NCBI GenBank assembly: GCA_016779995.1 | Contig: JADHMO010000005.1 | Coordinates: forward strand, 99 to 64,098 | DNA: 64,000 bases | From: Flavobacteriales bacterium | Lineage (GTDB): Bacteria > Bacteroidota > Bacteroidia > Flavobacteriales > UBA7312 | Reading direction: 5' to 3' | In this document: in pieces, positions 19,655 through 29,012 of the stretch | How positions within the stretch are numbered: position 1 is the first letter of the stretch | Layout: every line of letters begins with the position of its first letter | Notes under the pieces: model-generated | Databases searched by the model: none | Seen by the model: the letters and a program-made list of their open reading frames with translations, nothing else | Told to the model about the DNA's origin: nothing | Made by a program: the position numbers and the translations under genes

Positions 19655-21325
19655 ATGATTAAGCATTTAACCTTTACATTTTTCATCTTATTATCCTTAT
19701 TTGGTCAATCTCAAGAATTAAGTAAGAAATGGCAATTTGAACACATCAGAAAAACTGATGACACTACCAATTTAAGAGTTATTGGAGAAGATGATTATAT
19801 GCTTATAAATGAAGATGGCACTTTTGAATATCTGATTAGTTCCATACCTCTTAAAGCTAGTGGACAATGGGAAGTAGAAGAAAACACACTAGCTTTTCAT
19901 TATAACTTTCCTTCAGATACAAGCCGTTTTTACTCAATTGAACTTAACGAAAATAATCTCCTACTACAAGAAAATGGTATTGACTATGCTTTCAAGGCAA
20001 TTACTTATACCCAGCCCATCCAGTCTAGCTTTGATATTACAACTATTCTAAGAGGGTTGTTAGGAATTTTAGTCCTCATACTTATCGCATTTATTTTTAG
20101 TAGAAACAGAAAAGCAATCAATTGGTCATTAGTATTCAAAGGCATACTGATACAAATTGTTTTTGCCATAGGAATTCTAAAAGTTCCTTTTATACAATCG
20201 GGCTTTGAATGGCTGAGTTCTATTTTTGTAATAATTCTTGGTTTTACTAGAGATGGCTCTCTATTTTTATTTGGCGGACTAATCGACAATATGGATTCTT
20301 TTGGCTATATATTTGCCTTTCAAGTACTCCCTACAATTGTATTCTTCTCGGCTCTTACTAGCGTTTTATTTTATTACGGCATTCTACAAAAGATTGTCTA
20401 TTTCTTTGCCCTTTTAATGAAAAAAACCTTGAACTTATCAGGTTCTGAAAGTCTAGCAGCAGTAGGGAATATTTTCTTGGGACAAACTGAATCACCATTA
20501 TTGATTAAGCCCTACATCGAAAAAATGACATTGTCTGAATTACTTTGTTTGATGAGTGGTGGTATGGCAACTATTGCTGGAGGAGTGTTAGCAGCATACA
20601 TCGGCTTTTTGGGAGGAACAGACCCTACCGAACAATTGTTTTTCGCTAAGCACTTACTAGCAGCATCAGTGATGTCCGCTCCAGCGGCTATTGTAGCTGC
20701 CAAAATTCTTTTACCAGAAACAGAAGCCGTCAACAAAGATATGAGTATTTCTGATGAGCAATTAGGTAGTAATGTCTTAGAAGCTATCAGTATAGGAACC
20801 ACTCAAGGTATCAAATTAGCCGTTAATGTGGGAGCGATGCTTTTAGTATTTATAGCATTCATTGCTATGCTAAACTACATACTAACCAACTTCATAGGTG
20901 ATGTTACAGGTATAAACGCTTGGGTCAACAACTTTACCGAAGGGCAATACTCAGGCTTAAGTTTAGAATTTATTTTAGGCTATACTTTAGCTCCATTGAC
21001 TTGGCTCTTAGGTGTCTGTAAAGAAGACATTGTATTGGTTGGTCAATTGTTAGGTGAAAAAACAATTTTGAATGAATTTGTAGCTTATGTATCGCTAGGA
21101 GAATTAAAAGCTAGTGGCAAATTCTTCCAAGAAAAATCAATCATAATAGCGACCTATATTTTATGTGGATTTGCTAATTTCGCATCCATAGGTATTCAAA
21201 TTGGAGGTATAGGTGCTATTGCCCCATCACGAATGAAAGACTTATCTAGATTGGGAATTTTAGCTTTGATTGCAGGTACACTAGCATGTTTGTTTACTGC
21301 TGTAATCGTAGGAATGATAATATAA
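19655..21325 (+). CDS. NupC/CNT family nucleoside transporter with N-terminal lipocalin-like extension
   Basis: 556 aa. From about aa 130 the sequence is CNT core (LLGILVLILIAFIFSRNRKAINW.., GQTESPLLIKPY, GFANFASIGIQIGG). The first ~125 aa are a signal peptide plus a soluble beta-rich domain. Confidence 0.88.
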   Translation: MIKHLTFTFFILLSLFGQSQELSKKWQFEHIRKTDDTTNLRVIGEDDYMLINEDGTFEYLISSIPLKASGQWEVEENTLAFHYNFPSDTSRFYSIELNENNLLLQENGIDYAFKAITYTQPIQSSFDITTILRGLLGILVLILIAFIFSRNRKAINWSLVFKGILIQIVFAIGILKVPFIQSGFEWLSSIFVIILGFTRDGSLFLFGGLIDNMDSFGYIFAFQVLPTIVFFSALTSVLFYYGILQKIVYFFALLMKKTLNLSGSESLAAVGNIFLGQTESPLLIKPYIEKMTLSELLCLMSGGMATIAGGVLAAYIGFLGGTDPTEQLFFAKHLLAASVMSAPAAIVAAKILLPETEAVNKDMSISDEQLGSNVLEAISIGTTQGIKLAVNVGAMLLVFIAFIAMLNYILTNFIGDVTGINAWVNNFTEGQYSGLSLEFILGYTLAPLTWLLGVCKEDIVLVGQLLGEKTILNEFVAYVSLGELKASGKFFQEKSIIIATYILCGFANFASIGIQIGGIGAIAPSRMKDLSRLGILALIAGTLACLFTAVIVGMII

Positions 21326-21328
21326 TTT

Positions 21329-22123
21329 ATGCAACAATATTTAGACTTAATGACTAGAGTGATGAATGAAGGCACTCTAAAATCTGACCGAACAGGAACA
21401 GGGACTAAAAGTGTATTTGGTCATCAAATGCGTTTTGATTTATCTGAAGGATTCCCTTGTATAACAACAAAAAAACTTCACCTGCGTTCCATTATTCACG
21501 AATTGTTATGGTTCTTGAAAGGCGATACCAACATCAAATACCTCAAAGAAAATGGAGTTAGGATTTGGGACGAATGGGCAGACGAAAATGGCGACTTAGG
21601 TCATGTGTATGGATATCAATGGAGAAGTTGGCCAACGCCAGATGGTAGGCACATTGACCAAATCACACAAGTAATCAACCAAATCAAAAACACGCCAGAC
21701 AGCAGAAGAATGATTGTTAGCGCATGGAATGTTGGTGAAATCGAAGAAATGGCTTTACCACCTTGTCACGCCTTTTTTCAATTTTATGTAGCAGAAGGTA
21801 AATTGTCTTGTCAACTCTATCAAAGAAGTGCAGATATATTTTTAGGTGTTCCTTTCAATATTGCCTCTTATGCCCTACTGACCATGATGGTAGCCCAAGT
21901 GTGCGACTTAGAGCTAGGAGAATTTGTCCATACTTTAGGTGACGCTCACATTTACAGCAATCATTTTGAACAAACTGAATTGCAATTGTCAAGAGAGCCT
22001 AGACCACTACCTAAAATGACAATTAACCCAAAAGTAAAGTCAATTTTTGATTTTAAATACGAAGATTTTCAGTTAGAAGATTATGATCCACACCCTCATA
22101 TTAAAGGAAAAGTAGCGGTATAA
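21329..22123 (+). CDS. thyA: Thymidylate synthase (ThyA type)
   Basis: 264 aa. DRTGTGT, active-site [12 protein letters not shown], and DAHIYSNH. Confidence 0.97.
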   Translation: MQQYLDLMTRVMNEGTLKSDRTGTGTKSVFGHQMRFDLSEGFPCITTKKLHLRSIIHELLWFLKGDTNIKYLKENGVRIWDEWADENGDLGHVYGYQWRSWPTPDGRHIDQITQVINQIKNTPDSRRMIVSAWNVGEIEEMALPPCHAFFQFYVAEGKLSCQLYQRSADIFLGVPFNIASYALLTMMVAQVCDLELGEFVHTLGDAHIYSNHFEQTELQLSREPRPLPKMTINPKVKSIFDFKYEDFQLEDYDPHPHIKGKVAV

Positions 22124-23232
22124 TGGCAAAAATCATTGTTTTAGGTGCTGGATTAGTAGGTGGTGTAATGGCGAAAGATTTGGCTAAAAACCATCAAGTA
22201 GCATCAGTAGATTTTAAGGAAGATGCTTTACTTCCTTTATCAAAATTAGGCATACATACCATACACGCCGATTTATCTGACAGCTCAACTATTGAACGTC
22301 TTATTAAAGATTACGACTTAGTTGTAGGTGCTGTTCCTGGTTTTATGGGTTATAAAACTTTAGAAACCATTATTAAAGCAGGAAAAAACTGTGTAGATAT
22401 TTCATTTTTTCCTGAAGACCCTTTTGGACTCGACGATTTGGCAAAAGAGATGGGCGTTGTAGCTGTAATGGATTGTGGCGTAGCACCTGGCATGGGTAAT
22501 ATTATTTTGGGACATCACAACCATCAAATGGAAATTTCTGACTACGAATGTCTTGTTGGAGGATTACCAGAAATTAGAGAGTGGCCCTATGAGTACAAAG
22601 CAGTTTTTTCTCCTATAGATGTCATTGAAGAATACATACGACCAGCACGATACGTTCAAAATGGGCAAGTTGTTACCAAAGAAGCTTTGTCTGACACCGA
22701 GCTGATAGAGTTTGAAGGTGTCGGCACCTTAGAAAGCTGGAACTCTGATGGCTTAAGGTCGCTAATAGACACTATGCCACATATTCCTAATATGATAGAA
22801 AAAACATTGCGTTATCCTGGCTGTGTAGAGTACCTCAAGGTACTTAGAGCAAGTGGTTTTTTCTCTTACAATGAAATTGAGGTTAATGGTCAAATGATAC
22901 GACCAATTGATGTAACATCAAAGCTACTATTCCCAAAATGGCAATTGAAAGAAGGTGAAAAAGACTTTACCGTAATGCGTATTCATATTAAGGGTAAAGA
23001 GAATGGCAAAGAAGTCGAGTACAAATATTATCTCCTAGATAGATATCAAGACAATACCATTTCTATGGCACGAACTACAGGTTTCACTTGCACAGCAGTC
23101 GCTAATTTAGTCATTGATGGTCAATACAATAAAGTTGGAATTTCTCCTCCTGAATATTTAGGGGATCATTTTGAATTTGTAAAATCTTACCTTGAAGATA
23201 GAGGTGTAATTTATAATGTAACAACAAGCTAA
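22123..23232 (+). CDS. Saccharopine dehydrogenase-like NAD(P)-binding oxidoreductase
   Basis: 369 aa. Rossmann N-terminus KIIVLGAGLVGGVMAKDL, and the remainder resembles the saccharopine dehydrogenase C-terminal domain. The start ATG overlaps the thyA stop (TAATG), and the stop overlaps the folA ATG (TAATG). Confidence 0.8.
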   Translation: MAKIIVLGAGLVGGVMAKDLAKNHQVASVDFKEDALLPLSKLGIHTIHADLSDSSTIERLIKDYDLVVGAVPGFMGYKTLETIIKAGKNCVDISFFPEDPFGLDDLAKEMGVVAVMDCGVAPGMGNIILGHHNHQMEISDYECLVGGLPEIREWPYEYKAVFSPIDVIEEYIRPARYVQNGQVVTKEALSDTELIEFEGVGTLESWNSDGLRSLIDTMPHIPNMIEKTLRYPGCVEYLKVLRASGFFSYNEIEVNGQMIRPIDVTSKLLFPKWQLKEGEKDFTVMRIHIKGKENGKEVEYKYYLLDRYQDNTISMARTTGFTCTAVANLVIDGQYNKVGISPPEYLGDHFEFVKSYLEDRGVIYNVTTS

Positions 23233-23738
23233 TGGTAGTATCTTTAATAGTAGCCGTTTCGGAAAATAAAGTCATAGGGAAAGACAATGATTTAGTATGG
23301 CATTTGCCTACTGATATGAAGTTCTTCAAAGACACTACCAAAGGGCATTTTGTAATAATGGGGAGAAGGAATTACGAATCTATACCGCATAAATACCGCC
23401 CATTACCAAAGCGTACGAATGTTATTGTAACGAGACAAGATGACTATAAAGCCGAAGGTTGTTTAGTCGTAAATTCAGTTGAGGAAGCTATAGAACTTGC
23501 TCAAAAAGCTGGTGACAAAGAACCTTTCGTAATTGGAGGAGGTCAGATTTACAAGCATGCCATTGAACACAATCTTGTTGATAGAATATATCTTACAAGA
23601 GTTCACACAGAAATTGATGGCGATACCTACTTTGACGATTTAAATGGAAGTTGGAAACTGGTACATACTGACTTACACCCTTCTGATGAAAAGCATCCTT
23701 TTGCTTTTACTTTTCAAACTTTTGAACGCGAATCTTAA
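23232..23738 (+). CDS. folA: Dihydrofolate reductase
   Basis: 168 aa. [31 protein letters not shown] and VIGGGQIY motifs. Confidence 0.95.
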   Translation: MVVSLIVAVSENKVIGKDNDLVWHLPTDMKFFKDTTKGHFVIMGRRNYESIPHKYRPLPKRTNVIVTRQDDYKAEGCLVVNSVEEAIELAQKAGDKEPFVIGGGQIYKHAIEHNLVDRIYLTRVHTEIDGDTYFDDLNGSWKLVHTDLHPSDEKHPFAFTFQTFERES

Positions 23739-24973
23739 GCTACTTTTAGCTTTTGAAGTGTAGAATTTTCTATCTTATTTTGGGCATATTCAAGAGTAAG
23801 CTTGAACTCTTTATTCTCTGAATCTGAAGGGCCGTCAAACATAGCGTCTATCATAATGGTTTCGCAGATAGAACGAAGACCTCGAGCACCTAATTTAAAA
23901 TCAATAGCTTTTTCGACAATATAGTCTAACACCGCATCATCAATACTCAAAGTAATACCGTCCATTTCAAATAACTTGACGTATTGCTTGGTTAAAGAAT
24001 TTTTAGGCTCGGTAAGTATTTGACGTAAAGCTTCTTTATCTAGTGGTTTGAGGTGTGTCAATACTGGTAAACGTCCTATTAGTTCAGGGATTAAGCCAAA
24101 ACCTTTTAAGTCTTGTGGACTGATGTATTGTAACATATTGTCCTTATCTACTTTTTCTTTTTTATGAGTAGCGTAACCAATGGCTTGTGTACTCAAACGC
24201 TTTCCTATTACTCTATCAATGCCATCAAAAGCACCACCACATACGAACAAGATATTTTTAGTGTCGATAGACACCATTTTTTGCTCAGGGTGTTTTCTAC
24301 CACCTTGAGGAGGTACTTGCACCACTGCGCCTTCCAATAATTTCAGCATAGCCTGTTGAACACCCTCTCCAGAAACATCTCTTGTAATAGAAGGATTGTC
24401 ACTTTTACGAGCTATTTTATCTATCTCATCGATAAATACAATGCCTCTCTGAGCGGCTTTGACATCATAATCGGCTGCTTGTAATAATCTAGAAAGTATG
24501 GCTTCGACATCTTCACCAACATATCCTGCTTCAGTAAGAACAGTCGCATCGGCAATACAAAAGGGTACATTCAAAACTTTGGCTATAGTTCGTGCCAAAA
24601 GCGTTTTGCCTGTTCCTGTTTGTCCCACCATTATAATGTTAGATTTTTCTATCTCAATTTCTTCCTTATCCATCGAGGGGGGCTGAACAAGTCTTTTGTA
24701 ATGGTTATAAACCGCTACCGAAAGTATTTTTTTGGCGTTATCTTGACCGATAACGTATTGGTCTAAGTGAGCCTTAATATCTATGGGTTTGAGTAAATTC
24801 ATCTGAGCAGCAAGAATTTGCTGGTCTTTACCCTCTTTTTCAGAGTGAACAATGCCTACGGCTTGTTCAATACAACTGTCACATATGTGCGAATTGATAC
24901 CCGCTATTAAGACGTTGGTGTCTTGCTTATCTCTACCACAAAATGAGCAGTTAATATTTTTCTCTTCTGACAT
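23735..24973 (-). CDS. clpX: ATP-dependent Clp protease ATP-binding subunit ClpX
   Basis: Zinc-binding N-terminus CSFCGR..CDSC, Walker A GQTGTGKT, and pore loop GYVGEDV. Start set at [13 protein letters not shown] (ATG at 24973), 13 codons inside the ORF-track call. Confidence 0.96.
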   Translation of the reverse strand: MSEEKNINCSFCGRDKQDTNVLIAGINSHICDSCIEQAVGIVHSEKEGKDQQILAAQMNLLKPIDIKAHLDQYVIGQDNAKKILSVAVYNHYKRLVQPPSMDKEEIEIEKSNIIMVGQTGTGKTLLARTIAKVLNVPFCIADATVLTEAGYVGEDVEAILSRLLQAADYDVKAAQRGIVFIDEIDKIARKSDNPSITRDVSGEGVQQAMLKLLEGAVVQVPPQGGRKHPEQKMVSIDTKNILFVCGGAFDGIDRVIGKRLSTQAIGYATHKKEKVDKDNMLQYISPQDLKGFGLIPELIGRLPVLTHLKPLDKEALRQILTEPKNSLTKQYVKLFEMDGITLSIDDAVLDYIVEKAIDFKLGARGLRSICETIMIDAMFDGPSDSENKEFKLTLEYAQNKIENSTLQKLKVA

Positions 24974-25039
24974 AGGTACAAAAATAACGAAAAACCACAT
25001 ACTTTGCAGCATGTGGTTTTTAAAAAGCCTAAACTTTTT

Positions 25040-25717
25040 TTAGTTTTTCTTTACGAGAACTTCATCAATCATGCCATAAGCCTTGGCTTCTTCGGCAGTC
25101 ATCCAATAATCTCTATCACTATCTTTCCACACCTCATCAAAAGATTTACCCGTATGACTTGCAATGATTTCATACAATTCGTTTTTCAATTTCTGTATTT
25201 CTCTAGCAGTAATTTCGATATCTGAAGCTTGACCACTTGCACCCCCTAAAGGTTGGTGAATCATTACTCGTGAATGTTTTAAGGCTGTTCTTTTACCTGT
25301 TGCTCCAGCACATAACAATACTGCACCCATAGAGGCAGCCATACCCGTACAGATAGTAGCTACATCAGGGTTAATGTATTGCATAGTATCGTAGATGCCC
25401 AATCCAGCATAAACGCCACCACCAGGAGAATTCAAATAAATCTGAATACCTCTTTCCGAATCTACAGATTCTAAAAATAACAATTGGGCTTGTATGATAT
25501 TAGCCACATAATCGTTTATAGGGACACCCAAAAAGATAATTCTGTCCATCATCAAACGAGAAAACACATCCATGGAAGCCACATTCATAGAACGTTCTTC
25601 TATAATAGTAGGCGAAATGTAATTAGCATAAGCCGACTGAAATCGGTCTAAAGTAGTGCTACTGATACCACGGTCTTTGGTGGCAAACTTTCTAAACTCT
25701 TCTGATGGGTCAAACAT
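25040..25717 (-). CDS. clpP: ATP-dependent Clp protease proteolytic subunit ClpP
   Basis: 225 aa. Catalytic-Ser motif GMAASMGA and the His motif MIHQPLGG. Confidence 0.96.
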   Translation of the reverse strand: MFDPSEEFRKFATKDRGISSTTLDRFQSAYANYISPTIIEERSMNVASMDVFSRLMMDRIIFLGVPINDYVANIIQAQLLFLESVDSERGIQIYLNSPGGGVYAGLGIYDTMQYINPDVATICTGMAASMGAVLLCAGATGKRTALKHSRVMIHQPLGGASGQASDIEITAREIQKLKNELYEIIASHTGKSFDEVWKDSDRDYWMTAEEAKAYGMIDEVLVKKN

Positions 25718-25729
25718 ATCTTTTAGTTT

Positions 25730-27070
25730 TTATTTTTCAGTTGCTAATTTAACAAATTCATCGTAAGTCACCTCTTTATCTTTAAGAGTAAACTTTTCTT
25801 TATACAATGCCATTGTTTTTACATCGTACAACTGATTGTATATTTTTTTACGTTCTTCTTCGTTACCCAACACTTGGACAGCTATTTCTTCTAGCTTTTT
25901 ATCTTCTGGTGCTGGTTGACCGTATTGTGCAAAGTTAGAAACGATTAGTTCTTTGGCGTGTGCTAAAACATCTTCATTTTTCACTTCTAAATTATTCTCC
26001 TTGATAATTTTATTTTCTATCAACTGCCATTTCAAACTTTTAGAATATTGCTCGTACTCAGCTTCTACCTGCTCTGCAGTCAAACCTTGTTCGTTAGTAG
26101 TCACTAGCCATTTCTTCAAAAAAGTGTCAGGCAAACTCATTTTAGTTTTTTTGATAAGATGTAGAATAACGTCATTTTTTAATTTGTTATCGCTTTCGCT
26201 AACGAAGGATTTTTCTACTTCTTCTTTTATTTTGGCTCTAAATTCTTTTTCGCTTTTTACGGTGTCTTTGCCAAAAGTCTTATCAAATAACTCTTGATTC
26301 AATTCAGCCGGTTCCATTCGGCTAATTTTGTTCACTTTAAAATTGAAATCTGCGTCAAGAGTCTCTAATTCTTCTTTCTTAATATTTAGCATGTGATGTG
26401 CATCGTTAGAAAAACCCTTATTGACACGCAATTTAACTTCATCACCTTCTGCTAATCCAATTAAGGCTTTTTGAGCTTTTTTATCTTGAATAATATCCAA
26501 TGCTACCGATGCAGTATGATTAACACCACCTTCCAACACATTGCCATCAGCATCTAATTGAGTAAACTCACCCATCATTAAATCTGTTTTTTCAGACTTG
26601 GCTGGTTGAGTCATTTTCCCGAAACGTTTGGCCATATCATTAACATAGTGGTCCACCATTTTCTTGTCCGCTACAATTTTCAAAAAGTCAAATTTGCCTT
26701 TTTTGTCTAGAGCAACCTTGAAATCAGGAGCTAAACCCATCTCGTATTCGAAAGTAAAGTCTGTGGCATTGTCCCAATCCACTTCTGACGTTAATGGCAA
26801 AGGATTTCCTAATACTTCAACTTTATTTTCGGTAATGTGCTTGTAGATAGCTTCTTGAAGCAATTTATTCACTTCATCTACCAATACGGATTTACCAATC
26901 ATTTTTTTGACCTGCCCCATTGGCACTTTACCCTTACGAAAACCAGGGATACTAGCCGTCTTTCTGTAATTGACAATAACCTCTTGTACTTTAGCTTCAT
27001 AATCATTTGCCGAAACTTCTACTTTAAGTTTAGCATTCAAATCGTCTATGCTCTCTTGCGTGATATTCAT
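25730..27070 (-). CDS. tig: Trigger factor
   Basis: Ribosome-binding signature IPGFRKGKVP near the N-terminus. The tig-clpP-clpX order is conserved. Start set at MNITQESIDDLN (ATG at 27070) rather than the upstream TTG at 27142. Confidence 0.93.
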   Translation of the reverse strand: MNITQESIDDLNAKLKVEVSANDYEAKVQEVIVNYRKTASIPGFRKGKVPMGQVKKMIGKSVLVDEVNKLLQEAIYKHITENKVEVLGNPLPLTSEVDWDNATDFTFEYEMGLAPDFKVALDKKGKFDFLKIVADKKMVDHYVNDMAKRFGKMTQPAKSEKTDLMMGEFTQLDADGNVLEGGVNHTASVALDIIQDKKAQKALIGLAEGDEVKLRVNKGFSNDAHHMLNIKKEELETLDADFNFKVNKISRMEPAELNQELFDKTFGKDTVKSEKEFRAKIKEEVEKSFVSESDNKLKNDVILHLIKKTKMSLPDTFLKKWLVTTNEQGLTAEQVEAEYEQYSKSLKWQLIENKIIKENNLEVKNEDVLAHAKELIVSNFAQYGQPAPEDKKLEEIAVQVLGNEEERKKIYNQLYDVKTMALYKEKFTLKDKEVTYDEFVKLATEK

Positions 27071-27192
27071 ATTTGCTCTATTTTTTGAAAGTCTGCAAAA
27101 GTAGTTATTTTCTGTACAATAGCACACAACTGTTTCAATCAATTATAAGTGCTAAAATTTCTTACTTTTGTAATCGAACTTAAAACTAAACC

Positions 27193-27540
27193 ATGAAAGT
27201 ATTTCTTCTATTGATAGGTCTAACATTTTCGATAAGTGCCTATTCACAAAACAACACCGTCACTACAGATTGGGATAATGGTATCTTTAACAAACGTATT
27301 TTAAAATCACATTACTCCGAAAATCATGTGGACTCACTAGCAAAATTACTTAATTCATATATCGATGGGTTCTATTGTTATGGTGGTAGCTGTAAATTCA
27401 CCAAAGTAGAAGATGACTATTATGTCAGTATTAAGATGAGTAATGGCTACATCAAAATCAAATATTACTTCACCGACTTTGATGTGCTGAAAATGAACGA
27501 GCTTTTACCTAAAATTGAAGGGTATTTAAATGAAAAATAA
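27193..27540 (+). CDS. Small secreted hypothetical protein
   Basis: 115 aa. Clear signal peptide MKVFLLLIGLTFSISAYSQ. I recognise no family motif. Confidence 0.6.
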   Translation: MKVFLLLIGLTFSISAYSQNNTVTTDWDNGIFNKRILKSHYSENHVDSLAKLLNSYIDGFYCYGGSCKFTKVEDDYYVSIKMSNGYIKIKYYFTDFDVLKMNELLPKIEGYLNEK

Positions 27541-27577
27541 AAATCTTTAAATAATGTTTTTCAAACCATTTTACTAG

Positions 27578-28031
27578 TGTATTCTACAAATAATTTTTCA
27601 AAGCTCATTTTCTTTCTCTCAATATGGCTTTCAGCTTATTCGAATTCATACTGTTGCCGATATTACGACCATGAATAATACTCTACTCCCAGCTCGAGGT
27701 AATTTGATTTATGTACAGTCCGAAGAACAAATCCATTATTACGATGGTAGTTCTTGGCAACCAATTTCTAGCAACACCTCAACTAGTGGCTGGACTTTAG
27801 AAGGCAACTCCATAGGTAGCAGTCAATTTATTGGCACAACTAACAATGAAGATTTTAGAATAAGAAGTAATAATACGCTTAGAATGATTGTGAAAGCAGA
27901 TGGTAAAGTGGGTATAATTAATGCCAATCCCTACAAGAGCATTTCAAGCAACTACTGGCGGTGGGTTAAGTTCTGATTTAACACTTGCAAACAATTCAAA
28001 TATTAGCGGGCAAATGAGGTTAAAAATTTGA
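27578..28031 (+). pseudogene. Frameshifted, truncated remnant of a tail-fibre-like / surface repeat protein
   Basis: ORF 27671-27976 (..GNLIYVQSEEQIHYYDGSSWQPI..GWTLEGNSIGSSQFIGTTNNEDFRIRSNNTLRMIV..GKVGIINANP) stays open upstream to 27578 without a signal peptide. Protein-like sequence continues in the +1 frame (PTRAFQATTGGGLSSDLTLANNSNISGQMRLKI, stop at 28029-28031). The switch point is near the ccc at 27929-27931. It is much shorter than proteins carrying this N-terminal pattern. Confidence 0.6.
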
Positions 28032-28049
28032 GAAAAAACTAACAAATCA

Positions 28050-28433
28050 TTAAATCTCTTTATAAACTCGAGTTGCTGTTTCACCAATTTCAAAGTCTTG
28101 CTTTATAAATTGATGTATAGAAGTATCTTTACACCAAGACTCTATGGTATAGCCTTTACCAGCATAATTTTTTTCGACCCAATTCATACGAGCTTGCCAC
28201 AACATATTGTAAATGCCACGTCCTCGAAAATCCATAGAAACAAAAGCGTCTTGAAATTTGATAACTTTATCTTTCTGGAAGGTCAAATTAACCCAGCCAA
28301 CAGCTTGGTCGTCTTCGGTCATAGCCACCCAACCTAAAAAATCTCGAGAATGAGTATGCGCAATTATTCGAATACTTGGCTTAAACTTTCTTGTAAAAAA
28401 TTGCCTTCTCTTAACTCTAGACTTAATCATCAT
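28050..28433 (-). CDS. GNAT family N-acetyltransferase
   Basis: 127 aa. The acetyl-CoA binding region VSMDFRGRGIYNMLWQARMNW matches the GNAT motif A pattern (R/QxxGxG/A). Confidence 0.8.
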   Translation of the reverse strand: MMIKSRVKRRQFFTRKFKPSIRIIAHTHSRDFLGWVAMTEDDQAVGWVNLTFQKDKVIKFQDAFVSMDFRGRGIYNMLWQARMNWVEKNYAGKGYTIESWCKDTSIHQFIKQDFEIGETATRVYKEI

Positions 28434-28684
28434 AATTTCAATAGTTTAAAATTGAATAGTTATATTATATAAACGATTGAACTGCAAATCGTTATTTATC
28501 TTCAAAATTTTGGTCGGCGAATGTAAGTAATTTCTTTAAAAAATATGAATGATAAATTATTAAAAATTAAAAATTAACGATTTAATAACATTACTAGATA
28601 AAATAAGCTAAAAACAATTACTTTTTTTATTAGAAATTTCGCTTAAAATTGGTTTTCTTTGTGTCAATTATAAAACTATGAAAA

Positions 28685-29005
28685 ATGATAAATAGCATAA
28701 AAGCGTTTTTTGGTATCACGCCAGCAATTGATTTCGCCAAAAAAGTAAAAGAAGGCGCACTAATTTTAGACGTTCGTAGCCCAGCTGAATTTGAAAACAA
28801 CCATATAAAAGGAGCCGTAAATATTCCATTGAATACTCTGAGTAAAAAATTGAATAAACTTAAAAAGGATAGGGTTATTATTACGTGTTGTGCATCAGGA
28901 ATACGAAGCGCATCAGCAAAAAGTATACTAGAGGCTAATGGATTTGAATCTGTTTATAACGGTAGAGGGTGGCACAGTCTAAATCAAAAAATCCAAGACC
29001 AGTAA
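28685..29005 (+). CDS. Rhodanese-like domain protein
   Basis: 106 aa. Active-site loop ITCCASGIRSASA (CxxxxxR), preceded by HIKGAVNIP. Confidence 0.88.
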   Translation: MINSIKAFFGITPAIDFAKKVKEGALILDVRSPAEFENNHIKGAVNIPLNTLSKKLNKLKKDRVIITCCASGIRSASAKSILEANGFESVYNGRGWHSLNQKIQDQ

Positions 29006-29012
29006 AAAAAGC

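Noticed and set aside
28434-28684. The 250-bp AT-rich spacer between the GNAT and rhodanese genes, as a possible ncRNA or riboswitch.
   Set aside because: The only structure is a weak 7-bp hairpin (aacgatt/aatcgtt), with no conserved-looking features. It is most simply a divergent promoter region.
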